From NCBI GenBank assembly GCA_045047105.1, contig JASFYQ010000048.1, positions 1 through 47,841 of the forward strand: DNA of 47,841 nucleotides. Direction: 5' to 3'. The stretch comes from Pseudomonadota bacterium (GTDB taxonomy: Bacteria > Pseudomonadota > Gammaproteobacteria > GRL18). Both the position numbers and the translations under genes were made by a program. Shown here one piece after another: positions 9,060 to 20,002 of this stretch (its first letter is position 1; every line of letters starts with the position of its first letter). The notes under the pieces are model-generated. The model had not been told where the DNA came from, did no database searches, and was given only the letters and a program-made list of their open reading frames with translations.

Positions 9060-10082
9060 TTATATGTTATCTAAAATATCTTTTTTCTTTGCAGTATATT
9101 CTTGCTCATTAATTAATTCTGATTGATACATTTTTTTTAACTGAGTTAATTTTTCCATGGGATCGCCTTTATTAGGAGTGCTTGTTTGTTCAGTTGTTAC
9201 AAAATTATTCCCCATGGATTGAGCCATGCTTTGTCCCAGGCCCATTCCAGCACCCAGCCCCATGCCTATACCTGCTGCACCCCCTTCATTTCTGGCAGCT
9301 TCTCGCATAGCTTCAATTTGTTGTACTCCCGCATAGCTCATGCCTACCGCTTTTGCTGCATGTGCCTCAGCGGTTAGATCAGCAATGCGATTTATACGTT
9401 TAAGGGTATTTTCATCAAAATCTGTACCTTCAATACGAAAGTCAGTAATTTTAAAACCCAGTTTAGCAAAATCATCGTCCAGTTGTTGTTGCATTCCTGC
9501 GGTAATTTCATCTCGATTAGCATCAATTTCTGCATAAGAGAAACGACTTTCTGATAAAAAATCACTCAGTGGATGAATGATTCGATCGGACATAATACTT
9601 CTAAAGTCATCAATATAATAATTACCACCACTGCCAACTATATTTACAAAAAAGCTGCGTGGATCATCAATTTGATAACTATAATTTCCATAGGCTTTTA
9701 GACCAACGGGGAAGTTGTATTTAGGATCGTCATATTTTATGGGAGAAGTCGTTCCCCATTTTTGATCTAAAATTTTAGTTCTACGATAAAAATAAATACC
9801 CACTTTATGCTCACTTTCAAAAAGTTGCATAAATTTTTTAATGCTTGTCCAAAAAGGAATATTATCTGTTTTTAAGGAGATAAGTTTTTCTTTTTCTAAA
9901 ATATAACGAATTTTTCCTTCATAAACAAAGATGCATCCCTGACCTGGACCAACAATTAATTTGGACGCATTTTTAATTTCATCGCCATTGTCTGTCCACT
10001 GGTAGAGTAGGGTGTTAGGATCGGGATCCTGCCATTGAATAACAGAACGTAATTGGCGTTTTAAACCATTAAAAATTGCCAT
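9060..10082 (-). CDS. SPFH/band-7 family protein with a C-terminal SHOCT domain (YdjI-like)
   Basis: SPFH-like core, a Gly/Ala/Met-rich linker, and a C-terminal KLTQLKKMYQSELINEQEYTAKKKDIL SHOCT motif. Start placed at ATG 10082 (MAIFNGL), where GGAG sits 6 nt upstream. Confidence 0.65.
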   Translation of the reverse strand: MAIFNGLKRQLRSVIQWQDPDPNTLLYQWTDNGDEIKNASKLIVGPGQGCIFVYEGKIRYILEKEKLISLKTDNIPFWTSIKKFMQLFESEHKVGIYFYRRTKILDQKWGTTSPIKYDDPKYNFPVGLKAYGNYSYQIDDPRSFFVNIVGSGGNYYIDDFRSIMSDRIIHPLSDFLSESRFSYAEIDANRDEITAGMQQQLDDDFAKLGFKITDFRIEGTDFDENTLKRINRIADLTAEAHAAKAVGMSYAGVQQIEAMREAARNEGGAAGIGMGLGAGMGLGQSMAQSMGNNFVTTEQTSTPNKGDPMEKLTQLKKMYQSELINEQEYTAKKKDILDNI

Positions 10083-10283
10083 ACTAATCTCCACAATTTA
10101 TATTCAAGGTTTTTATTTTACAGACTAAAATCTTTAAATTTGAGATGTCTATTTAATAAATAGCAACAGTTCTTACTATAGAAAAAGAATTTTATAACTT
10201 GCTTTTGTTAAAAATTATAGGACAGATAATAAAAAATGTGAGACTTAATGTCTAGGAATATTCGTTTTAGAAAGAGAAAATAT

Positions 10284-10517
10284 TTAAGCTATGGAGTTGT
10301 GTTTCCACGAAATTTGCGCCCAAGAAACATAGGATTGCTGTAGATCCTGCACAATAATAATTTCCATACCAATTAATTGCGAAATAACATCAATTTTAGT
10401 TTCACAAAACTGTTCTATCAATAGTTCTAGCTGTTTATTATTTATATATAACAGGTTAGGGCGATGTTTATGTTTTTTTTCATACTGCACTGTTAGCCTA
10501 TTTATAGTACTTATCAT
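10284..10517 (-). CDS. Hypothetical 77-aa ORF
   Basis: From the ORF track only. It has no RBS and no recognisable family, so it may not be coding. Confidence 0.15.
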   Translation of the reverse strand: MISTINRLTVQYEKKHKHRPNLLYINNKQLELLIEQFCETKIDVISQLIGMEIIIVQDLQQSYVSWAQISWKHNSIA

Positions 10518-10628
10518 ATTCTATTCTGCTTTGTTGTGCATTTATAAGAAGCTATGTAATAGCCATGTGAAATAAGAGTATTTTATATTAGTTTATATTT
10601 TCTATTATCGTCCAAAGCGTACCGTTCT

Positions 10629-11381
10629 TTATGGTTTATTTTTAGCTATTTTAGTATCTATTAAATTTTCATACTTTATCCATTTGCTATTGAGGTAACA
10701 TTCAGCTGGCTGGTATTGATTTTTGTAAGACATTTTTTTATTTCCTGCAATCCAATAGCCTAAATATAACCATTGTAGCCCACGGCGTTTACATTCTTCA
10801 ATTTGCCATAATATTGCATAAACACCAAGGCTACGTTTTTGATACTGTTGTTCAATACTAAAATAGGTATAAACGGCGGATAAGCCATTACCTATTACAT
10901 CGGTAACTGCTAAGGCAAGCAGTTTCGTTCCTAATCTAAATTCAACAAATTCTGTTTCACTCCACGATGAAGAGAGAAAATTAATATAATCTTGTTCAGT
11001 TGCACCATCCATACCACTATTGATATGTCGATGATTTAAGTATTGAGTGTATAAAGCAAAATGTTCTTGTTCAAATTGAGCAGGTTTAATGTTTATTGTA
11101 AGATCCTTATTTTTACGTAAACAACGTTTTTGAGTGCTTTTATATTTGAATTGCTTAACCTTTACTCGGGTTGATATGCATTGCTGGCAAGATTTACAAT
11201 GAGGTCGGTACAAATTATTTCCACTGCGCCTAAAACCATGCTCAATTAAAGAACTATAGGTGTTTTTATCGGGAGATAGAGCAGGATCAATAAATAGACT
11301 GCAAGACATTTCTCCCTCTAGATAATTACAATCATGGGGTTCAGATAAAAATAAATTAATATTTTGTAGGTTTGCAGTCAT
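10629..11381 (-). CDS. bpt: Arginyl-tRNA-protein transferase family leucyltransferase Bpt
   Basis: 250 aa with the ATE_N/ATE_C pattern (…GFRRSGNNLYRPHCKSCQQC…EHFALYTQYLNHRH…) typical of bacterial Bpt. Confidence 0.8.
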   Translation of the reverse strand: MTANLQNINLFLSEPHDCNYLEGEMSCSLFIDPALSPDKNTYSSLIEHGFRRSGNNLYRPHCKSCQQCISTRVKVKQFKYKSTQKRCLRKNKDLTINIKPAQFEQEHFALYTQYLNHRHINSGMDGATEQDYINFLSSSWSETEFVEFRLGTKLLALAVTDVIGNGLSAVYTYFSIEQQYQKRSLGVYAILWQIEECKRRGLQWLYLGYWIAGNKKMSYKNQYQPAECYLNSKWIKYENLIDTKIAKNKP

Positions 11382-11411
11382 AGGTAAACTTAGTTTAAAT
11401 AAAAGCGGATA

Positions 11412-12527
11412 TTAACAAAAACCATTATTGCAAACCTTGTTCCTACCCGTTTCTTTGGCTTGGTACAAGGCTTGATCTGAATGTTCAATTAAAGTAAGTC
11501 CATAAAAGTTAATATCTTCGCTATTAAATTCTTTATATAAGGTTGATAAGCCAATAGAAATAGTGATAGTTAATTCCTGCTTATCATCTATCGCAATAGG
11601 TGTTGTATTTACTGTAGAAATAATTCGTGAAGCAACTTTTAAAGCTTCAGTATTTTCAGTTTTAGGTAGTATTAAAACAAATTCTTCTCCACCATAACGT
11701 GCTAAAATTTCATGACTTCTTAATGTTTTTTGTATTCGTTTTACTACTTGAACAAGTACTTCATCTCCTGCCGAATGGCCATATTTATCATTTACCCTTT
11801 TAAAATGGTCAATATCAATAAGTAAACAAGACAAGGGTAATTGGGTGCGTTGTACTCGAGTGACTTCTTCGATAAGAGATTGATCAAAAAATCTCCTATT
11901 ACGAATTTTGGTTAATGGATCGGTTAAACTACAGAGTTTAAGCCTCTCATAATTTAGTACATTTTCGATACAAACACTTATTATATAACTTAAGCGCTTC
12001 ATAAAAATAGTGCCAGAGTCAGGCTCAAAGCGATTTTTTTGAGTACTTACACAACTAAATATACCAATAATTTCTCCGTGTCTTAGCAGCGGTAAAATAG
12101 CAATAGATTTTATGTTTTTATGATTCTTTCTTACTGGATCAATCAATAATTTATGTGTTCTAATTTGATAATCACCCAGAAACATTTTCTTAGATAACGG
12201 GATTATTTTTTCAATTGAAAAAGGTAAATCTAAAATAGAAACGCGATTTGCATAATTATTTTTTATGGTTTTATCTGTTAGTAAAGGTTTTATGCTTGAG
12301 TTGCTATCAACTAGAATAAGTGTAGAAAAATTTAAATTAAATAAAGATGGATAATCAAGGATTAACACATCCAATAAGTCAATTAAGCTATTGGCTTCCA
12401 TTAACTTAAACTCAATTTGCTCAAAACGTTTTAGTTTTTCTTCGTTTTCATGAGCATTTTTTAAAATATTTTGCAATTGATGTTTAAGTTGTGCATTTTC
12501 ATTTTCAATTGTAACTTGTTTCAACAT
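11412..12527 (-). CDS. GGDEF-domain diguanylate cyclase with an N-terminal GAF-like sensor region
   Basis: RYGGEEF active-site motif and a conserved GGDEF domain in the C-terminal half. Confidence 0.8.
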   Translation of the reverse strand: MLKQVTIENENAQLKHQLQNILKNAHENEEKLKRFEQIEFKLMEANSLIDLLDVLILDYPSLFNLNFSTLILVDSNSSIKPLLTDKTIKNNYANRVSILDLPFSIEKIIPLSKKMFLGDYQIRTHKLLIDPVRKNHKNIKSIAILPLLRHGEIIGIFSCVSTQKNRFEPDSGTIFMKRLSYIISVCIENVLNYERLKLCSLTDPLTKIRNRRFFDQSLIEEVTRVQRTQLPLSCLLIDIDHFKRVNDKYGHSAGDEVLVQVVKRIQKTLRSHEILARYGGEEFVLILPKTENTEALKVASRIISTVNTTPIAIDDKQELTITISIGLSTLYKEFNSEDINFYGLTLIEHSDQALYQAKETGRNKVCNNGFC

Positions 12528-12590
12528 TATTTATTTAACTTTTTGAATTATTGTATTTTTATATAGATTATTCTGCCTATAATAAATTAA

Positions 12591-12606
12591 TGTGAGAGCT
12601 TTCACA
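12591..12606. promoter_or_regulatory. Perfect CRP core site TGTGA-gagctt-TCACA
   Basis: Read from sequence. It is centred about 71 bp upstream of the start codon of the GGDEF gene, in the galE-GGDEF intergenic region. Confidence 0.45.
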
Positions 12607-12663
12607 GTTAAATGATTTTAGCCTTTTAGCTAAAAAAAATGTTTAACTCTTTATTTTAAATTA

Positions 12664-13686
12664 CTAACTAAAACCATTTGGATTATTTTTTTGCCATGCC
12701 CAGGTATCTGCCATCATTTCTTCCAGACCTCTTTCTGCTTGCCAATTAATCTCTTTTTTTGCAAAAGAAGGATCGGCATAACATTGTGCGATATCTCCTG
12801 CTCGCCGATCAACGATTTGATAGGCAATAGAAAATCCACAGGCTTTTTCAAAAGCAGTTAGCATTTCTAAAACACTATAACCTTTTCCTGTACCTAAATT
12901 ATAGGTGACCAGACCTGGATTTTCAGTTAATTTTTGTAATGCTTTAAGATGTCCCTGAGCTAGATCAACAACATGAATATAGTCGCGCACCCCAGTGCCA
13001 TCTGGGGTATCATAATCATTACCATAAACAGAGAGCTTTTCACGTTTTCCTATTGCTACTTGTGATATATAAGGTAGTAAGTTATTAGGTATACCATTGG
13101 GATCTTCACCAATTTGCCCAGATTTATGAGCTCCTACAGGGTTAAAATAACGTAGTAGGGCAATGTTCCAGTCTTGATCAGAAAGATAAATATCACCAGC
13201 CATATCTTCAACAATTAATTTTGAGCGACCATAGGGGTTGCTTACAGAAAGAGGAAAGTCTTCAGTAATTGGTACAGTAGCAGGATTTCCATAAACCGTT
13301 GCAGAGGAGCTAAAAACAAAGTTTTTTACCTTACATTTGTTCATTACACGCAATAAACTAATAGTTCCTGATATATTGTTGTAATAATAATCCAGAGGTA
13401 TTTCAACTGATTCACCTACCGCTTTAAGTCCAGCAAAGTGGATTACTGCATCGGGTTTTTGTTGAAGAAAAATTTCTTCTAACTTTTCTTCATTTAAAAT
13501 ATCTTCTTGAAAAAAATCAATGCTATTGTTTGATGGGTTGTTACAAAGTTTTTTAACTCGGTGCAGTGATTCAATTTTACTATTCGATAAATTATCCACA
13601 ACACTCACTTGAAAACCAGCATTAAGAAGTTCTAAACAAGTGTGACTTCCAATATAACCTGCTCCGCCTGTAACTAAAATATGCAT
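12664..13686 (-). CDS. galE: UDP-glucose 4-epimerase
   Basis: MHILVTGGAGYIGSHT Rossmann motif, the YxxxK region, and a length of 340 aa. Confidence 0.9.
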   Translation of the reverse strand: MHILVTGGAGYIGSHTCLELLNAGFQVSVVDNLSNSKIESLHRVKKLCNNPSNNSIDFFQEDILNEEKLEEIFLQQKPDAVIHFAGLKAVGESVEIPLDYYYNNISGTISLLRVMNKCKVKNFVFSSSATVYGNPATVPITEDFPLSVSNPYGRSKLIVEDMAGDIYLSDQDWNIALLRYFNPVGAHKSGQIGEDPNGIPNNLLPYISQVAIGKREKLSVYGNDYDTPDGTGVRDYIHVVDLAQGHLKALQKLTENPGLVTYNLGTGKGYSVLEMLTAFEKACGFSIAYQIVDRRAGDIAQCYADPSFAKKEINWQAERGLEEMMADTWAWQKNNPNGFS

Positions 13687-13863
13687 ATATAATTAAACCT
13701 CGCTGATTTTCATTAGTATAAATATTAGATTTACTTAATTATCATTTATCAGTTGTTAATTATCAATTAATATTTATCTTTAATAGACACAAAATCCTGA
13801 TTTTAGTACAATCGCAGTTTAATTTTAAGTCTGTTTATAGCACATTACTTTAGGGAGGTTTTT

Positions 13864-15030
13864 TTGGATAATCTTATTCAAGTGCCAGCACTTTTAGCCT
13901 TGGAAGACGGGAATGTTTTTCATGGTTTGTCCATTGGCATTGAGGGCGAAACGATTGGAGAAGTGGTATTTAACACCTCTATGACTGGTTATCAGGAAAT
14001 TCTAACGGATCCTTCATATAAAAAACAGATTGTTACTCTAACCTATCCGCATATTGGTAATACGGGAACCAATAATGAAGATGAGGAATCGGATTCGATT
14101 TATGCCAGTGGCTTAGTTATTCGTGATTTACCTCGTTTGGTATCAAACTGGCGTAGTACTGGAGATTTATCCAGTTATCTGAAAAAACATCAACTGGTTG
14201 CTATAGCAGATATTGATACTCGACAGTTAACTCGCTTATTACGCACTAAGGGGGCAATGGGTGGTTGTATTATTGCTGATAAAAATCTAGCAGGTGACAA
14301 TGCCCAGGTTATAATTGATAGTGCCATTGCTAAAGCCAAACAATTTACAGGTCTTAAAGGAATGGACCTGGCTCAGCAAGTAACCACAGCAAATAGTTAT
14401 TCCTGGACAGAAGGAAGTTGGGTTTTAGGTGAAGGCCATATAGCAAATGCCTGTGAAAAAGTAGCACAATCCTATCATGTGGTTGCATATGATTTTGGAG
14501 TAAAACGAAATATTCTACGCTTATTAGCGGATAGGGGCTGTAAATTAACCGTGGTTCCCGCACAAACTTCTGCAAAAGATGTTTTAGCCTTAAATCCAGA
14601 TGGTATCTTTTTATCTAATGGTCCAGGTGATCCAGAACCCTGTGGCTATGCTATTGAAGCAATTAAACAGCTTATTGATAGTAATAAGCCTATCTTTGGG
14701 ATTTGTTTAGGGCATCAGTTATTATCTCTTGCCTGTGGAGCAAAAACGATAAAGATGAAATTTGGGCATCATGGTGGTAATCATCCTGTTGCTGTTCTTA
14801 AAACCAGGCAGGTAATGATTAGTAGTCAAAATCATGGTTTTGCTGTGGAAGAATCGAGTTTGCCAAATAGTTTAGAAATAACCCATAAGTCACTCTTTGA
14901 TCAATCTATTCAGGGTGTTTGTCATAAAGATAAACCTGTTTTTGGTTTTCAGGGGCACCCAGAAGCCAGTCCAGGACCACATGATATATCGCCCTTATTT
15001 GATCAGTTTATTGATATGATGAAAACTTAG
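13864..15030 (+). CDS. carA: Carbamoyl-phosphate synthase small (glutaminase) subunit
   Basis: [19 protein letters not shown] and the GICLGHQ catalytic Cys motif. A TTG start at 13864 is preceded by AGGGAGG at 5-6 nt. E. coli carA also uses UUG. Confidence 0.9.
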   Translation: MDNLIQVPALLALEDGNVFHGLSIGIEGETIGEVVFNTSMTGYQEILTDPSYKKQIVTLTYPHIGNTGTNNEDEESDSIYASGLVIRDLPRLVSNWRSTGDLSSYLKKHQLVAIADIDTRQLTRLLRTKGAMGGCIIADKNLAGDNAQVIIDSAIAKAKQFTGLKGMDLAQQVTTANSYSWTEGSWVLGEGHIANACEKVAQSYHVVAYDFGVKRNILRLLADRGCKLTVVPAQTSAKDVLALNPDGIFLSNGPGDPEPCGYAIEAIKQLIDSNKPIFGICLGHQLLSLACGAKTIKMKFGHHGGNHPVAVLKTRQVMISSQNHGFAVEESSLPNSLEITHKSLFDQSIQGVCHKDKPVFGFQGHPEASPGPHDISPLFDQFIDMMKT

Positions 15031-15132
15031 TAAATAAAAAAGCTAAATTTAATTATCAACTTGAGATATACAAAACAATTTACCTTAAACAATTTACCCC
15101 AACTATATAAAGAAGGGTTAGTGGAAAAATAA

Positions 15133-18100
15133 ATGCCAAAACGTGAAGACATTAAAAGTATTTTAATTATTGGTGCAGGTCCTATTGTCATTGGTCAGGC
15201 ATGTGAATTTGACTATTCTGGCGCCCAGGCATGTAAAGCTTTAAAAGAGGAAGGTTACCGGGTTATTTTGGTGAACTCTAATCCTGCAACAATTATGACC
15301 GATCCTGAATTGGCAGATGCAACCTATATTGAGCCTATACATTGGAAAGTTGTTGAAAATATTATAAAAAAAGAACGCCCGGATGCCTTGCTTCCAACAA
15401 TGGGCGGTCAAACTGCTTTAAACTGTGCTCTTGATTTGGATAAACACGGAGTATTAGAAAAGTACCAGATAGAAATGATTGGTGCGGATAAAGACGCTAT
15501 TAATAAAGCAGAAGACAGGGATCTGTTTAGGCAAGCCATGCGTAAGATTGGTTTGGATATGCCAAAATCATTTATTGCCCATAGTATGGGGGAAGCACAT
15601 GATGTACAAGAAAAACTGGGTCAATTCCCGATCATTATTCGCCCATCGTTTACCATGGGTGGAAGTGGGGGAGGCATTGCTTATAACAAAGAAGAATATG
15701 TAGAAATATGTGAACGTGGTTTAGATTTATCGCCCACTAAAGAATTATTAATAGAAGAATCTATTATTGGTTGGAAAGAGTTTGAAATGGAAGTAGTGCG
15801 AGATTGCAACGATAATTGCATTATCGTTTGTTCCATTGAAAATTTTGATGCTATGGGAGTACATACAGGTGATTCTATTACTGTTGCTCCAGCACAGACC
15901 TTAACGGATAAAGAATACCAAATTATGCGTAATGCTTCACTGGAAGTATTGCGTGAGATTGGCGTTGAAACGGGTGGTTCAAATGTACAATTTGCAGTTA
16001 ATCCTGAAAATGGTCGACTGATTATTATTGAAATGAACCCACGGGTTTCACGCTCATCCGCTTTAGCATCCAAAGCAACAGGTTTCCCCATTGCCAAAGT
16101 AGCCGCTAAGCTAGCGGTAGGTTATACTCTGGATGAATTGAAAAATGAAATTACTGGTGGTGCAACTCCTACCTCGTTTGAGCCTTCCATTGATTATGTG
16201 GTAACAAAAATACCTCGCTTTACTTTTGAGAAATTCCCCAAGGCCGATGCAACTTTGACTACGCAAATGAAGTCAGTAGGTGAAGCAATGTCTATGGGCA
16301 GAACTTTCCAAGAATCTTTGCAAAAAGCTTTACGTTCTCTAGAAGTAGATAGTGATGGTTTTAATGAGATACTCGATGATGTATCTATTGAAGTTGCAGG
16401 TGAGACGGATGGTGATAGGCTAGATTTTTTAAAGCATGAACTACGTATTCCTGGTGCGCAGAGAATTTGGTATATAGCCGATGCATTTCGTAAAGGCTTA
16501 ACCCTTGATGAAATACAGGAATTAACGGGTATTGATCCCTGGTTTTTAATTCAAATAGAAGAGTTAATTGAATTCGAAGATAATTTTAAGGGTTTAAATA
16601 TCCTTGATCTAGATGAAAAAACAATGCGACAGGCAAAACGCAGAGGTTTTTCAGATAGTCGACTGGCTAATTTATTAGCCACTGATGAAATAACCGTTCG
16701 TAAATATCGCAAACAATTAGGTGTATTACCCGTTTATAAACGAGTTGACTCCTGCGCAGCAGAGTTTGAATCTGCAACCGCGTATATGTATTCAAGTTAT
16801 GAATACGAGTGTGAGTCAAAACCCAGTAATAAAAATAAAATTATGATTCTAGGCGGTGGTCCTAACCGTATTGGGCAGGGTATTGAATTTGATTATTGCT
16901 GTGTACATGCAGCTATGGCATGTAGAGACGATGGTTACGAAACTATTATGGTTAATTGTAATCCAGAAACTGTCTCAACCGACTATGATACTTCCGATCG
17001 ATTGTATTTTGAGCCTTTAACATTTGAAGATGTTCTTAATTTAGTTGAATTAGAGCAGCCAGATGGAATTATTGTACAGTATGGTGGACAAACACCTTTA
17101 AAACTTGCAGAAGCTCTAGAAGCGGCAGGAGCTAAAATTATTGGTACCAGCCCCGATTCTATTGATCTTGCCGAAGACAGAGAACGCTTCCAGGAAATGA
17201 TTCATGAATTGGAATTATTACAGCCACCAAATCGTACAGCAAGGGATCCTGACTCTGCGGTTGCATTAGCCGAAGAAATTGGTTACCCATTAGTAGTAAG
17301 ACCCTCTTATGTTCTGGGCGGGCGTGCTATGGAAATTGTTTACAATGAATCCGAACTACGTGTTTATATGCGTGATGCAGTTAAGGTTTCTAATGACTCT
17401 CCGGTATTATTAGATCGTTTCCTTGATGATGCTATAGAAGTGGACGTAGATGTTATCTGTGATGGAGAAAATGTATTAATTGGTGGAATAATGCAACATA
17501 TTGAGCAGGCTGGAGTCCACTCAGGTGATTCGGCATGTTCTTTGCCTCCATATAATTTATCTCAGGAAATTCAACAACAATTGCGCCATCAATCTGAAAT
17601 AATGGCTAAAAAGTTAAAAGTTATTGGACTAATGAATACGCAGTTTGCAATTAAGGGTGATGATGTTTATGTACTAGAGGTCAATCCCAGAGCATCCAGA
17701 ACGGTTCCCTTTGTATCAAAAGCAACGGGTGTTTCTCTGGCAAAAATTGCAGCACTATGTATGACAGGTAAAACATTAAAACAACAAAATGCTTTAGAAG
17801 AAAAAGTGCCTGAATTCTACTCTGTTAAAGAATCCGTTTTTCCTTTTGTCAAATTTCCCGGAGTAGATCCTATTTTAGGCCCGGAAATGAAATCAACAGG
17901 AGAAGCAATGGGCATAGGTAAAACCTTTGGTGAAGCCTTTGCTAAATCACAATTATCTGCGAGTGTAAGCTTACCTCAATCCGGTACTGCTTTTATTAGT
18001 GTGCGAGAAGCAGATAGATCGCGTTTAGCAGAATTAGCAAGAAAAATTGTTGCTCTGGGCTTTAATCTGGTTTCAACTCGAGGAACCGCACGTTTATTGG

Positions 18101-18396
18101 CTGAAAATGGTATTGAAACTGCAATAGTCAATAAAGTAAAAGAAGGTCGTCCTCATATTGTTGATATGATTAAAAATAATGAAATAGCATGGATTATTAA
18201 TACTACCGAAGGTAAAAAAGCCATTGAAGATTCATCGGCTATACGCCGTGCAGCCTTGCAAGATAAAGTAACCTACGCAACAACTATGACTGGAGCAGAG
18301 GCAATGTGTGAAGCCATTTCTGTTATGGGCGAAACAGAAGGGGATATAGAAGTTTATCAACTTCAGGCTTTAAAAGAAAATGACTATAAATTGTAA
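15133..18396 (+). CDS. carB: Carbamoyl-phosphate synthase large subunit
   Basis: 1087 aa with duplicated ATP-grasp halves and an MGS-like C-terminal domain. Confidence 0.95.
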   Translation: MPKREDIKSILIIGAGPIVIGQACEFDYSGAQACKALKEEGYRVILVNSNPATIMTDPELADATYIEPIHWKVVENIIKKERPDALLPTMGGQTALNCALDLDKHGVLEKYQIEMIGADKDAINKAEDRDLFRQAMRKIGLDMPKSFIAHSMGEAHDVQEKLGQFPIIIRPSFTMGGSGGGIAYNKEEYVEICERGLDLSPTKELLIEESIIGWKEFEMEVVRDCNDNCIIVCSIENFDAMGVHTGDSITVAPAQTLTDKEYQIMRNASLEVLREIGVETGGSNVQFAVNPENGRLIIIEMNPRVSRSSALASKATGFPIAKVAAKLAVGYTLDELKNEITGGATPTSFEPSIDYVVTKIPRFTFEKFPKADATLTTQMKSVGEAMSMGRTFQESLQKALRSLEVDSDGFNEILDDVSIEVAGETDGDRLDFLKHELRIPGAQRIWYIADAFRKGLTLDEIQELTGIDPWFLIQIEELIEFEDNFKGLNILDLDEKTMRQAKRRGFSDSRLANLLATDEITVRKYRKQLGVLPVYKRVDSCAAEFESATAYMYSSYEYECESKPSNKNKIMILGGGPNRIGQGIEFDYCCVHAAMACRDDGYETIMVNCNPETVSTDYDTSDRLYFEPLTFEDVLNLVELEQPDGIIVQYGGQTPLKLAEALEAAGAKIIGTSPDSIDLAEDRERFQEMIHELELLQPPNRTARDPDSAVALAEEIGYPLVVRPSYVLGGRAMEIVYNESELRVYMRDAVKVSNDSPVLLDRFLDDAIEVDVDVICDGENVLIGGIMQHIEQAGVHSGDSACSLPPYNLSQEIQQQLRHQSEIMAKKLKVIGLMNTQFAIKGDDVYVLEVNPRASRTVPFVSKATGVSLAKIAALCMTGKTLKQQNALEEKVPEFYSVKESVFPFVKFPGVDPILGPEMKSTGEAMGIGKTFGEAFAKSQLSASVSLPQSGTAFISVREADRSRLAELARKIVALGFNLVSTRGTARLLAENGIETAIVNKVKEGRPHIVDMIKNNEIAWIINTTEGKKAIEDSSAIRRAALQDKVTYATTMTGAEAMCEAISVMGETEGDIEVYQLQALKENDYKL

Positions 18397-18471
18397 TTTT
18401 ACTATTATGTACGCAAAGCTGTATTATGATAAATTGTAGTGTAATCTAATAATATAAAAAAAGAGTTTCTT

Positions 18472-18948
18472 ATGAACCAAGTACCTATAACCGTTGCTGG
18501 AGCAGAAGCATTAACTGCTGAATTAAAAGAGCTAAAAAGTGTTCGCCGCCCAGCTGTTATCGAAGCTATTGCCGAAGCACGAGCACATGGTGATTTAAAA
18601 GAAAATGCAGAATATCATGCAGCTAGAGAAGAGCAGGGGTTTATCGAAGCTCGGATTAAAGATTTAGATGGCAAGTTATCCAATGCGCAGATTATTGATG
18701 TTACTAAATTGCACAATAATGGCAAAGTAGTTTTTGGAACTACTGTACTTATCTATGATGAAGAAAAAGACATAGAAATAAGTTACCAAATTGTAGGTGA
18801 AGACGAGGCAGATATTAAGAAAAATAAAATTTCTGTAACTTCTCCCGTTGCCCGTGCTTTGATTGGTAAAGAAGTAGAGGATATTGCCATTGTCAAAGCC
18901 CCGGGTGGAGATATTGAGTATGAAATTTTAGAAGTTAAATATATCTAG
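18472..18948 (+). CDS. greA: Transcription elongation factor GreA
   Basis: 158 aa with clear GreA similarity (…[25 protein letters not shown]…). Confidence 0.9.
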   Translation: MNQVPITVAGAEALTAELKELKSVRRPAVIEAIAEARAHGDLKENAEYHAAREEQGFIEARIKDLDGKLSNAQIIDVTKLHNNGKVVFGTTVLIYDEEKDIEISYQIVGEDEADIKKNKISVTSPVARALIGKEVEDIAIVKAPGGDIEYEILEVKYI

Positions 18949-19133
18949 ACATTCTCTCTAATATCCCATATACTATCTCGCTTTTATTCCTTGCTTTGAT
19001 TAACCGCCATTGTTTTCTATATACAGTTTTTTAAATTGTTTATTTAAACTACAATGTTTGGTTTAACTGAGCTAATTAGTCATAGTCTGTCTTCTCAATA
19101 GTCTATGAAATAAATTAACCGAAAGGACTTTTT

Positions 19134-19703
19134 ATGAGACATTACGAAATTGTTTTTCTTGTGCACCCTGACCAAAGCGAACAGGTGCCAGCAATGATAG
19201 AGCGTTATAGCAGTATTATTAAAGGTGATGGTGGTCAAATACATCGCATGGAAGACTGGGGACGTCGTCAATTGGCATATCCCATTAATAAAATCCATAA
19301 GGCACATTATGTTTTAATGAATGTTGAGTGTACTTCAACTGCTTTAGATGAAATATACAATGGCTTTCGTTTTAATGATGCTGTTATTCGCAACATGGTT
19401 ATTAAAACCAAAGCTGCTGTAACAGAAGCTTCTATAATGATGAAAGATGGTGAAGAATCATCTTCTGATAGATCAAGCTCTGATAGATCAAGCTCTGATA
19501 GGTCAAGCTCTGATAGGTCAAGCTCTGATAGGTCAAGCTCTGATAGATCAAGCTCTGATAGGTCAAGCTCTGATAGATCAAGCTCTGATAGGTCAAGCTC
19601 TGATAGATCAAGCTCTGATAGATCAAGCTCTGATAATAAAACAGAAGCAAAGCCTGAGACTAAAGCTAAAGCAGAAGTTAGTGAAACTACAGCAGCAGAA
19701 TAG
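19134..19703 (+). CDS. rpsF: 30S ribosomal protein S6 with a repetitive C-terminal extension
   Basis: The first roughly 105 aa are near-identical to E. coli S6 ([23 protein letters not shown]…). The C-terminus carries about 12 SSSDR repeats before a Lys/Glu-rich end. Confidence 0.85.
   Translation: MRHYEIVFLVHPDQSEQVPAMIERYSSIIKGDGGQIHRMEDWGRRQLAYPINKIHKAHYVLMNVECTSTALDEIYNGFRFNDAVIRNMVIKTKAAVTEASIMMKDGEESSSDRSSSDRSSSDRSSSDRSSSDRSSSDRSSSDRSSSDRSSSDRSSSDRSSSDRSSSDNKTEAKPETKAKAEVSETTAAE
19461..19640 (+). repeat. 15-bp tandem repeat (agctctgatagRtca) in about 12 copies inside rpsF
   Basis: Read directly. Two unit variants alternate (gatagatca and gataggtca). The period of 15 keeps the reading frame. 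Confidence 0.9.
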
Positions 19704-19745
19704 AACTCAGTAAATATTAAGTAAAAAGAAAGAGGAAATATCATC

Positions 19746-19973
19746 ATGTCTCGTTTTTTTAGACGTAGAAAATATTGCCGTTTTACGGTAGAAGGTATCA
19801 AGGAAATTGATTACAAAGATCTTAACCTGTTAAAAGGTTTTGTTATGGAAAATGGTAAAATTGTACCTAGTCGTATTACTGGAACCAGTGCAAAATATCA
19901 ACGTCAATTGTCTACAGCAATTAAACGCGCCAGATACCTGGCTTTACTACCTTATACAGATCAACATGATTGA
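19746..19973 (+). CDS. rpsR: 30S ribosomal protein S18
   Basis: [14 protein letters not shown]…KYQRQL…[12 protein letters not shown]. It lies only 42 bp after rpsF, so there is no priB between them. Confidence 0.9.
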   Translation: MSRFFRRRKYCRFTVEGIKEIDYKDLNLLKGFVMENGKIVPSRITGTSAKYQRQLSTAIKRARYLALLPYTDQHD

Positions 19974-20002
19974 TCTATCATGTATTCGGAGATAAAAAAA
20001 TA

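Noticed and set aside
10284-10517. 77-aa ORF between the SPFH operon and bpt
   Set aside because: I kept it only as a very low-confidence feature. It has no RBS, no recognisable domain, and a size easily reached by chance.
12624-12640. 12-bp perfect palindrome TTTTAGCTAAAA after galE
   Set aside because: It is entirely A/T and could be a chance palindrome or a weak terminator element. I mention it only alongside the adjacent CRP site.
19095-19307. 70-aa minus-strand ORF overlapping the rpsF start
   Set aside because: It overlaps the conserved S6 N-terminus on the opposite strand. It is a spurious AT-rich ORF.
19307-19801. Minus-strand and alternate-frame ORFs (164 aa, 72 aa, 88 aa) overlapping the rpsF repeat region
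   Set aside because: They are artefacts of the 15-bp tandem repeat, which keeps every frame open. rpsF on the plus strand is unambiguous from its conserved N-terminal domain.
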